From: an uncultured Enterobacterales bacterium
Lineage (GTDB): Bacteria; Pseudomonadota; Gammaproteobacteria; Enterobacterales; Succinivibrionaceae
Direction: 5' to 3'
NCBI GenBank assembly: GCA_964651505.1
Contig: CAZYXT010000001.1
Coordinates: forward strand, 499 to 64,498
DNA length: 64,000 bases
Positions within the stretch are counted from its first letter, which is position 1. Each line of letters opens with the position of its first letter. The notes beneath the pieces were generated by a model. The model worked only from the letters and a program-made list of their open reading frames with translations, ran no database searches and was not told the DNA's origin. Both the position numbers and the translations under genes were made by a program. Positions 31,995-39,700 of this stretch are shown piece after piece.

Positions 31995-32507
31995 ATGTTA
32001 GACCGTGCCATTCGCGACCGCTACTTAGTCGATGAGTTGCAGCTGGGCAGCAGACTTAACCATGCCGTCAGTGCCGGCAGGCGCGGCGAATTTGCTTTGC
32101 TGCTGTCTTTGTTGTCAAACGACGTCACCGACTATGCCCTGCGCACCAACGAGTTTACGTCGGCTCAAAACACCAATGATTTGCGCGCTGCTTTTCAATT
32201 GCCCAAGCCTCAGGCTTTTTACGCCGAGTCGGAGGATTTTCAAGCCTCGCAAGTGCGCCGCGAGGTGCTCGAGGAGGGCGGCCTGTACGCAGTGTCCCTG
32301 ACCAACTGTCTGCACCCTGAGCCTTTGGTGCCATTCAACGAGCCCATCCCGGGCCTCATCAAGTCGCAGCTGCCGCCTTTAAAGCAGGCCAAGCTTGCCG
32401 CTCAAGAGCGCGGCGCCGAACTTGAGTATCAGCCTCCCCGCGAAACGGGCGATGGGTTCTTGGTTTTAGACGAGATCAAAGGCAGCCGCATCGAAACCTC
32501 GGTTTAA
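31995..32507 (+). CDS. Hypothetical protein (170 aa), no family recognised
   Basis: GAGGAGAG RBS 5 nt before ATG 31995. Coding-like composition, no TM segment or signal peptide. I cannot assign a family by eye. Confidence 0.5.
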   Translation: MLDRAIRDRYLVDELQLGSRLNHAVSAGRRGEFALLLSLLSNDVTDYALRTNEFTSAQNTNDLRAAFQLPKPQAFYAESEDFQASQVRREVLEEGGLYAVSLTNCLHPEPLVPFNEPIPGLIKSQLPPLKQAKLAAQERGAELEYQPPRETGDGFLVLDEIKGSRIETSV

Positions 32508-32537
32508 GAGGGTTTAAACGGCAAAAGAGCAAAAAGG

Positions 32538-33176
32538 TCAAGAGCGCTTGGCATGGCGCTCGTAGTTGACGGCCCGCTCCTTGTCGCCCTTTTTTAAGAT
32601 CACAAACACCGATCCCGTTCCGCCTTTCCATTCGGGGGCCGAGTGATAGGCCAACACATCGGGCAGCTGTTTGAGCCAATGGGCCACATAACTTTTTAAC
32701 AGGGCCCTTTTGTCCTTTTGGGCCGCTCTTTCGCCCTTGCCGTGAATGATGAGAATGCAGCGCAGCTCTTCTTTTTTGGCGTGATCGATAAAGCGCATCA
32801 CCAGATCGTAGGCCTGCTCCACCGTCTTGCCGTGCAGATCGATGTAATCTGCCTCCCGATATTCGCCGTTTTTAAGCTTGCGCAGCATGTAAGGCTGCAC
32901 GCCGTCGCGGCGAAAGGACAGCACTTCGTTGGGTTCGACCATGTGCACGAAGGCACAAGAGGCTTCATCGAGAGCCTCCTGCTCCTTGTCTTTTTGCGCC
33001 CACTGCTGCCTGATCTTGGCAAGCTTCTCGTCCATGGGCTGCATTTTCGTCTCAACCTTATCCTGCCTCAAAGGCTTGATGTCGGCAAATTCATCGGCAA
33101 GGCTGATGTCGCCCCCGGCATCTTGCCGCTCGCTTTGGCGCAGCAGGGTTAAAAAATCAGGCTCTTTATTATCCAT
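32538..33176 (-). CDS. smrB: Smr-domain endonuclease (SmrB-like)
   Basis: C-terminal Smr domain: DLHGKTVEQAYDLVMRFI...ILIIHGKG...LKSYVAHWLKQLPDVLAYHSAPEWKGGTGSVFVIL. Matches the E. coli SmrB pattern (recalled from memory). Confidence 0.75.
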   Translation of the reverse strand: MDNKEPDFLTLLRQSERQDAGGDISLADEFADIKPLRQDKVETKMQPMDEKLAKIRQQWAQKDKEQEALDEASCAFVHMVEPNEVLSFRRDGVQPYMLRKLKNGEYREADYIDLHGKTVEQAYDLVMRFIDHAKKEELRCILIIHGKGERAAQKDKRALLKSYVAHWLKQLPDVLAYHSAPEWKGGTGSVFVILKKGDKERAVNYERHAKRS

Positions 33177-33244
33177 GATGCTCGCGTGTTTTTGTTCTCC
33201 TCGCGTAAGTTTAGCCCAAATGCCCCTCTTTGCCCAAGATAAGG

Positions 33245-34318
33245 CTAAATGCCGATGCCCTCAAGCCCGGGCACGGCCTGACGGACAACCCGCTCTTGGG
33301 CGCTGCCCGCTGAGGCGTAACCTTGGCCGTTGAGCGCGGGGGAGAATAACACGGCCGCCCCTATTGCAAGGATGAGCAGCAGATAAACCCTTGTCATGAC
33401 GAATTTTAAGCAGCGCTTGAGATCGGAGGGCTTGGGATCGTTTTTGCCTCCCATCTTGGCGTAATAGATCTTGGCTCCTTCATAAAACCGCGGTCCCCCC
33501 AGGCTCACATCCAAGGCGGCTCCGACTGAGGAGAGGATAAAGCCCGTGACCGGGCAGGGGTAGAGTTTGGCATCGTTCAAGGCCCTTTTGAGGTTCTCAA
33601 GGGGATGGGAGGATATAAGGCACAGCACCCCGAAGGCCAAAGCGGGCAGATACAAAAGACACTGATACAGTCTGCTTGAGAAGAGTCCGAAGCTTTGATA
33701 GGCCGCAAGCTTGCAGTTGAAGGCATAATTTAAGCTTACGCTCAGCCCCATCAGGACCGCTCCGATGTCGCCCAATGCCAAATACCAGATCATGACGGCA
33801 AAGTAGGAGTTAAAAAGCCGCAAGACAATGGTCTCGCATCCTGCCTTGGACAGGCCCATGGCCGAGAGGCTTGCGGTATCGCGAAGCACCAGTTTCTTGA
33901 GGATGCTGCGCCCCAGCTCTTTGCGATCCTGCTTTAAATCCCTTGACAGCTGTGCTGCAATCGAGCTTACCTTGCCGCGCTCGAGGAGCATGTACAAAAG
34001 CACGATGGTGACGATGACGTCAAAGCCCGAGATGGTCAAAAGCAGCATGACCAGCATGAGGATCATGGCCATGATGATAAGAGGGAGCATGAAACCTGCA
34101 AAATACTTTTCTTTTAAAGACCGATGATCGCCGTTGACCTTCAAGGCAAGCTGCCTGTACACCGGGATAAAGCTTTTTAGGCTGTAAAGCGAGCTTAAAG
34201 GGCACAAAAGTTCCAAAACGAAGCTTATGGCAAGCAAGATGGCAGGAGTTGACAGGAGCGTGCCCAAAAACTCCGTGTTCAATGCCTGCAGATCTGCAAA
34301 TTGTTCAAAAGCGTCCAT
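33245..34318 (-). CDS. CobD/CbiB-family integral membrane protein
   Basis: Multi-TM protein. The segment RLFNSYFAVMIWYLALGDIGAVL...YQSFGLFSSRL...LPALAFG follows the CobD/CbiB conserved pattern. Its ATG lies 2 nt after the mtnN stop. Confidence 0.55.
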   Translation of the reverse strand: MDAFEQFADLQALNTEFLGTLLSTPAILLAISFVLELLCPLSSLYSLKSFIPVYRQLALKVNGDHRSLKEKYFAGFMLPLIIMAMILMLVMLLLTISGFDVIVTIVLLYMLLERGKVSSIAAQLSRDLKQDRKELGRSILKKLVLRDTASLSAMGLSKAGCETIVLRLFNSYFAVMIWYLALGDIGAVLMGLSVSLNYAFNCKLAAYQSFGLFSSRLYQCLLYLPALAFGVLCLISSHPLENLKRALNDAKLYPCPVTGFILSSVGAALDVSLGGPRFYEGAKIYYAKMGGKNDPKPSDLKRCLKFVMTRVYLLLILAIGAAVLFSPALNGQGYASAGSAQERVVRQAVPGLEGIGI

Positions 34319-34319
34319 G

Positions 34320-34997
34320 CTACAAGGCACAAATCAAATCGTAAACCAGGCTCGAGCAGGCATTGGAGGCTTTCATCAGGTTCTCTTCGATGCTCTTGGC
34401 CCCATCTTCGTTTGCCCCGTCGCTGATGCCCCTTATCACCAAAAAAGGCACCTTAAAATCGGTCCCCACCTGCGCCACTGCCGCCCCTTCCATCTCAACT
34501 GAAATGGCCTTCGGGAAATGTTCTTTGATAAAGCCGATGCGCGCAGAATCTGCCACGAACATGTCGGCGCTGACAATAAGTCCCGCGTAAGCGTGCGGGC
34601 GCAATTGTTTTGCCTTTTGAAGAAGAGTCTTATCGGCGTTGAAATACAGATCGTGCCCCGGCAGCCTGCCGTATTGATAGCCAAAGGCCGTAACGTCCGC
34701 GTCGTGGTAGGCCAATGTCTCTCCCAAAACGAGATCGGCTGCCCTAAAGCCTTGATAGATGCCCCCTGCCACGCCGCTGTTGATAAGAGCGGTGCATTTA
34801 AAATGCTCTATCAAAAGCACGGCGGCCGCCGCCGCGCAAACCTTGCCGATGCCCGATTTGACGAACACAACTTCATGGTTTGCGCAGGATCCTGCATAAA
34901 ATGTCAGGCCGTGCAACGGGAGCTCTTCTTTGACGTCAAAGTGCTCTTGAAAATAGAGGATCTCCTCTGCCATGGCGCCTATAATGCCAATCTTCAT
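34320..34997 (-). CDS. mtnN: 5'-methylthioadenosine/S-adenosylhomocysteine nucleosidase
   Basis: MKIGIIGAMAEEI start, SGIGKV, VEMEGAAVAQV, IRGISD motifs of Pfs/MtnN. Confidence 0.92.
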   Translation of the reverse strand: MKIGIIGAMAEEILYFQEHFDVKEELPLHGLTFYAGSCANHEVVFVKSGIGKVCAAAAAVLLIEHFKCTALINSGVAGGIYQGFRAADLVLGETLAYHDADVTAFGYQYGRLPGHDLYFNADKTLLQKAKQLRPHAYAGLIVSADMFVADSARIGFIKEHFPKAISVEMEGAAVAQVGTDFKVPFLVIRGISDGANEDGAKSIEENLMKASNACSSLVYDLICAL

Positions 34998-35287
34998 GAA
35001 AACTCCTTTTTAAGACAAAAGTTTTGGGCAGCCTTTGCCCGAGGGGGGCGGGCGCTGCTCCCCCGCAAGCTTGCAGCGCGTTTTTAAGCACAAAGCCCTC
35101 GGGGCCTTGCGAGGGCGTCAAAGGGCTTGCGCCCGATAAACGGGCGGCGCTGCGATCTTGATGCTTAAATTATTTGAGTTATCTCAAATAAAGAGCATAC
35201 TCATTGTGCAAATCATACTCAAGTGTACCAAAATAGGGGACATAGCTTTTTATCGACCCATTTACTGACTACTAAAAGAGGTGTTAA

Positions 35288-36610
35288 GTGGAGAACGCAC
35301 GTGACGTTGCTAAACAAACTTTAGCTTTAGTTTTGGCCGGCGGACGCGGCAGCAGACTGCACATGCTCACGGACCGCAGAGCCAAGCCTGCCGTATTCTT
35401 CGGCGGCAAATTCAGAATCATCGATTTTGCGCTGTCAAATTGTGTCAACTCCGGCATTACCCGCATCGGCGTAGTTACCCAATACAAGTCCCACAGCCTG
35501 CTGCGTCACCTGCAATCGGGCTGGTCATTTTTGCGCAACCAATTCAACGAATTCATCGATCTGCTGCCTGCCCAGCAGCGCGTTGACGAAGAGCACTGGT
35601 ATCAGGGCACTGCCGATGCCGTTTTCCAGAATATCGACATCATTCGCAATCACAGGCCCAAGTACATCGTGATCCTCGCAGGCGACCATATCTACAAGAT
35701 GGACTATGCCTCCATGGTGCTTGACCACATCCGTCACGGCAAGCCTCTGACCGTAGCCTGCATCCCCATTCCCCGCAAGGATGCCAGCGCTTACGGCGTC
35801 ATGGCCGTCGACAATGAGGGCACCATCACCGACTTCGTCGAGAAGCCCAAAGATCCTCCTGCAATGCCCGGCGACGACACCAGATCGCTTGCTTCCATGG
35901 GCATTTACGTTTTTGATGCCGAGTATCTGTATGACGCTTTGCAGCGCGATGCGGAGAATCCCAATTCCCACCGCGACTTTGGCATGGACATCATTCCGCA
36001 GATGGTAAAAGAGCGCAAGGCTTATGCCCACGACTTCTCCATCTCCTGCATCAGAAACTCCGGCAACCCCGATATCTGCTACTGGCGCGACGTCGGCACC
36101 ATCGATGCCTACTGGGAAGCCAACATGGACATCGCAGCCGTTCAGCCTCAATTGGACGTTTACGACACCAACTGGCCGATTTGGACCCATCAGGTTCAGA
36201 TGGCGCCTGCAAAGTACGTGCAGGACATCAACGGCACTTCCTCGATAGTCAGAAATTCGGTCTGCTCGGCAGGTTGCATTATTTCGGGATCTTCTATCAA
36301 TCACTCGGTGCTGTTCTCCGCTGCCCGCGTGCACTCCAACTGCTTCCTGACCGAGGCTGTGGTGCTGCCCTCCTGCGTGGTTCATCGCGGCTGCCGCCTG
36401 ACCAAGGTCATCTTGGATCGCGGCGTGGAGCTGCCTCGCGATCTCATCATCGGCGAAAACCCCGAGGTTGATGCCCGCAGATTCTTCCGCTCAAGCGGCG
36501 GCGTGGTTCTGGTAACCCGCGAGATGATAAAGAAGCTGCGTCAGGACGAGCCGGAGTTGTTTGCAGACTTTGACAGCTATCAGGGCGCTGCCTCGCCTTT
36601 GTATGTTTAA
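35288..36610 (+). CDS. glgC: Glucose-1-phosphate adenylyltransferase
   Basis: LALVLAGGRGSRL, FGGKFRIIDFALSNC, GTADAV, and left-handed beta-helix C-terminal repeats. GTG start. Confidence 0.92.
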   Translation: MENARDVAKQTLALVLAGGRGSRLHMLTDRRAKPAVFFGGKFRIIDFALSNCVNSGITRIGVVTQYKSHSLLRHLQSGWSFLRNQFNEFIDLLPAQQRVDEEHWYQGTADAVFQNIDIIRNHRPKYIVILAGDHIYKMDYASMVLDHIRHGKPLTVACIPIPRKDASAYGVMAVDNEGTITDFVEKPKDPPAMPGDDTRSLASMGIYVFDAEYLYDALQRDAENPNSHRDFGMDIIPQMVKERKAYAHDFSISCIRNSGNPDICYWRDVGTIDAYWEANMDIAAVQPQLDVYDTNWPIWTHQVQMAPAKYVQDINGTSSIVRNSVCSAGCIISGSSINHSVLFSAARVHSNCFLTEAVVLPSCVVHRGCRLTKVILDRGVELPRDLIIGENPEVDARRFFRSSGGVVLVTREMIKKLRQDEPELFADFDSYQGAASPLYV

Positions 36611-36655
36611 GCCTTGATTAACACTTTTGTGCCTAAGCTGCTGTGCTCTGAGAGG

Positions 36656-37960
36656 ATGGCAGCTGATCCTAAGAGCCTGCGTTTGGAGAGCGTTTCTCCA
36701 TTTGAAAGCGATCGCGCGCGGATTGCATTGTGTGCTCCCTTTCGCAGATTGCAGCAAAAAACGCAGGTTTTCCCTTTAGACGTCAAAACTTCCTCGCGAA
36801 GCCGCCTGACCCATTCTTTGGAAGTGGAGCATTATGCCCGCACCCTGATGTTGCAGCTGTGTGCGGACAATCCCGTGCTCGCAGAGCACCTGCCGCAGCT
36901 TTTGGCCTTGTGCGAAAATGCCTCGAGGCTGCACGACATCGGCAACCCGCCCTTTGGCCACTTTGGCGAGCGTTTGATTGAAAGCTTTGCCAAAGAGCAG
37001 GCAGGCTTGGGGCCGCTTGGCCTCAATGAAGATGAAAAGACCGATCTGTGCGTGTTTAACGGCAACGCTCAAGGGCTGAGGGTGGTGCACACCATTCAAA
37101 AGCTTAACCTGACCTTGGCGCAGTTAAGCTCCATGTTAAAACACCCAAGCTCGTCCGATGAGCAATCCCCCTGCGGGGTGTTTTTAAGCGAACGCGAGGT
37201 TTTGCAAGAGATCCGCGCCCGCTGCTGCGCTGCAACCCATCCTGTTGCCGTCATCATGGACTTGTGCGATGACCTTGCCTACGCGCTGGCCGATTTTGAA
37301 GACGGTTTTGACAATGATATCCTTTGCCAATCCGATCTTGAGTGGTTCTTTAAAAAGTACAAAGAAGAGTGCGCACAGGCCTGCCTTGAATTTTACGATG
37401 AGCATATGCAGGATGATGCACAAGACAAAATAGCTCCCGCCTCAGCCTTGCTAGCTGCTCGCGCAAGGGTCAGCTTTGGCTACATAAAAGAGGCCTGCAC
37501 GGTTTTAAGCACCGATGAGTTCATAAAAGAGGGGCTGACAGAGGATCTTCAAAAAAAGCTTGCAGCCTTGCCGCACTTTAGATTTATCAGGCTTTTAAAG
37601 GAGTTTGAACATCGCAAGATCTATCAGAGCGCCAAGATAGAGTCTTTGGAGTTGAGCGGGGCAACCTGCCTTAAATATTTGTTTAAAATCTACTCGCAGG
37701 TTTTGCAGTTGCCTTACAAGGAATTTTGTTCATGCCTTAAGGGGCAGGGCGGCGATCCATATTTGTTGCGTTTGTGCCGCAGGATCTCGCGGCGGCACAA
37801 AGAAGCTTACCTTGAGCACTTAAGCCTGCAGGATTTTTCCGAGGGCTATTTGCGATTGCGGCTTATCATCGATTACATCAGCGGCATGACCGACACTTAT
37901 GCGGCCGCCGAATTTGCCTTGTTGTCGGGGTTGAGCGCGGTGCGCAGGGACGGTTGGTGA
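36656..37960 (+). CDS. dgt: dGTP triphosphohydrolase-like HD-domain protein
   Basis: FRRLQQKTQVF, RLTHSLEVEHYAR, LHDIGNPPFGH, and C-terminal ISGMTDTYA motifs of the Dgt family. The start is uncertain (TTG 36614 or ATG 36656). Confidence 0.85.
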   Translation: MAADPKSLRLESVSPFESDRARIALCAPFRRLQQKTQVFPLDVKTSSRSRLTHSLEVEHYARTLMLQLCADNPVLAEHLPQLLALCENASRLHDIGNPPFGHFGERLIESFAKEQAGLGPLGLNEDEKTDLCVFNGNAQGLRVVHTIQKLNLTLAQLSSMLKHPSSSDEQSPCGVFLSEREVLQEIRARCCAATHPVAVIMDLCDDLAYALADFEDGFDNDILCQSDLEWFFKKYKEECAQACLEFYDEHMQDDAQDKIAPASALLAARARVSFGYIKEACTVLSTDEFIKEGLTEDLQKKLAALPHFRFIRLLKEFEHRKIYQSAKIESLELSGATCLKYLFKIYSQVLQLPYKEFCSCLKGQGGDPYLLRLCRRISRRHKEAYLEHLSLQDFSEGYLRLRLIIDYISGMTDTYAAAEFALLSGLSAVRRDGW

Positions 37961-37961
37961 T

Positions 37962-37986
37962 CTTTAGTTCCTGCCATATTTTTCTA
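37962..37986. repeat. IS left terminal inverted repeat
   Basis: CTTTAGTTCCTGCCATATTTTTCTA versus the reverse complement of 39652-39676, CTTTAGATCCCGCCCTGTTTTTCTA. Four mismatches, aligned by hand. Confidence 0.8.
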
Positions 37987-38109
37987 ACCACATTAAAGTA
38001 ATCAAAATATTTTCGATTGGCATGCCGTTTAGCGGCATTTTTGTTTTATAATGGGTCGAAAATAGCAATTCTATCCATCATAAACAGGACAAGGCCGCGG
38101 GGGCAAGCC

Positions 38110-39654
38110 ATGAAAAGATTTATTGCCTACGACATCAAGGGCGGGGCAAAGTACGCAAAGCTGTGTATCCCGACAGTGCGCGACGGCAAATGGGTCAAAG
38201 AGTACACCAACCTCGGGCGCGTGCTCGATGAAGAGCGTCATATCTACATGAACAAAAAGAGGGGCATGTTTACTTACTCCCTTGAGAATGATGAGTACGG
38301 CGTGATCCCTGCAGAGAACGAGCCGAAGAAACCCGTGCGCAAAAACCATCGCGAAAAGCTGATATTGGACTTTGGCGATACCTTCTTTCTTGACCGGTAC
38401 ATTCGCCAAATCGGCCTTGACAAAGTCCTCGGTGAAATCAGGTACGGCAACCCCGACACTCTGTGGGCCATGCTCATGTTTTATCTGCTCTCGCCCATGA
38501 ACAACAATCAAGCCCAAACCTGGTATGAGGGCAACGTTGCCAGGATCTTCTATCCTGATGCAGGCATGAGCTATCAGCGCATCAGCGACTTTCTTGGTGC
38601 CATGGGAGACGAAAACATCTGGCGCGAATTCTTTGCCGCTTACCTGAAGCTGTTGCGCGGCGATTTCTTGGGCCGCAACAGACCCGGGCAAATTCTTATC
38701 GACAGCACGGGTCTTCCCAACAGCGTCCGCTTCCCGCTTGCCGGCATAAGCAATCATAACGGGGAGATCAGCAATGAAGTCCGCCTCATCTACGTTGTGC
38801 AGCAAAAAACAGATCTGCCCATTTACATGCGCTATGTCCCGGGCAACATCATCGATGCCAAAACCGTGGTGCGCACCTTGGCAAAGCTTAAGGCCCAAGG
38901 CCTTGATGCCAAGTTTGCCATCATGGACGCGGACTATTACACTACAGAGAGCGTGGACGAGCTCTTTGCAAACAAGGTATCTTTCCTTGCCCGCTTGCAG
39001 GAAAACTGCCGCCTTTATAAAAAGCTGGTGCGCGAACACTCAGGCTCCCTTTATGCCAAGGAGAATCTGGTGCGCTGCAACGACCGGTTTGTCATGATGA
39101 AGTGCATCGAGTGCCAAGTGGAGGGAGCAGAGGGCAGATCTTACAATGCTTATGCCTACCTTGCGCTTGATATTGAAAGAGAGCACGATGAGGTGCGCAA
39201 GTCTCTTGGGCATTCGGTTGCAGAAAACTTGGAGATGAGCGAGACTTTTGACAATATGCAGAACAAAGGACTGTTCGTCATCATCTCATCGCGGCGCATC
39301 AAAAAGGAATTCTTGCTTCCTCTGTACTACAGCCGCCAACAGATTGAGCAGGTTTTTGATCTTGGGAAAAATGGCTCTTCCATGCTGCCTGTCTGCGTGC
39401 AAAAGGAGGAGACGTTCCGAGGCCATCTGCTGATGACCTTTATTGCCTCGGTGGTATGCAAAAAGCTCCAACAGCTTACTGCCGACTTTGGGCAAAGCCC
39501 CCAAGACATGTTGCTTGGCCTGCGCAATCAGAAGTGCAAGGTTTTTGATGATATGATCATCACCTGTGAGCCTGCCAAGAAGGCGAACGATGCCTACAAG
39601 CTGGCCAAAATCGAGTGCCCTGCTTCTATCGACATAAAATGCAAAAATGAATAG
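38110..39654 (+). CDS. DDE transposase (IS4 superfamily, IS1634-like)
   Basis: Candidate catalytic contexts: ILIDSTGLP (D), FAIMDADYYT (D), YSRQQIEQVFDLGKN (the Y-R-E region typical of IS4-type enzymes). Size 514 aa. ATG 38110. Confidence 0.8.
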   Translation: MKRFIAYDIKGGAKYAKLCIPTVRDGKWVKEYTNLGRVLDEERHIYMNKKRGMFTYSLENDEYGVIPAENEPKKPVRKNHREKLILDFGDTFFLDRYIRQIGLDKVLGEIRYGNPDTLWAMLMFYLLSPMNNNQAQTWYEGNVARIFYPDAGMSYQRISDFLGAMGDENIWREFFAAYLKLLRGDFLGRNRPGQILIDSTGLPNSVRFPLAGISNHNGEISNEVRLIYVVQQKTDLPIYMRYVPGNIIDAKTVVRTLAKLKAQGLDAKFAIMDADYYTTESVDELFANKVSFLARLQENCRLYKKLVREHSGSLYAKENLVRCNDRFVMMKCIECQVEGAEGRSYNAYAYLALDIEREHDEVRKSLGHSVAENLEMSETFDNMQNKGLFVIISSRRIKKEFLLPLYYSRQQIEQVFDLGKNGSSMLPVCVQKEETFRGHLLMTFIASVVCKKLQQLTADFGQSPQDMLLGLRNQKCKVFDDMIITCEPAKKANDAYKLAKIECPASIDIKCKNE

Positions 39655-39676
39655 AAAAACAGGGCGGGATCTAAAG
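39652..39676. repeat. IS right terminal inverted repeat (overlaps the transposase stop codon)
   Basis: TAGAAAAACAGGGCGGGATCTAAAG is the reverse complement partner of 37962-37986. Confidence 0.8.
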
Positions 39677-39700
39677 TTTAATGAAAAAATTGGAGCTGTC

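Larger units (their letters stand above)
37962..39676 (+). mobile_element. Insertion sequence of the IS4/IS1634 type, 1715 bp, single transposase
   Basis: 25-bp terminal inverted repeats (21/25 identical) bracket one DDE transposase ORF. The left end is 1 nt after the dgt-like stop codon. Confidence 0.8.

Noticed and set aside
38071-39039. Long antisense ORFs inside large genes, for example 322 aa opposite the transposase, 286 aa opposite glgC, 251 aa opposite pseB, 221 aa opposite flrA
   Set aside because: Each fully overlaps a gene with strong family motifs on the other strand. Each has an Arg/Gly/Ala/His-rich composition typical of antisense frames, and none has an RBS.
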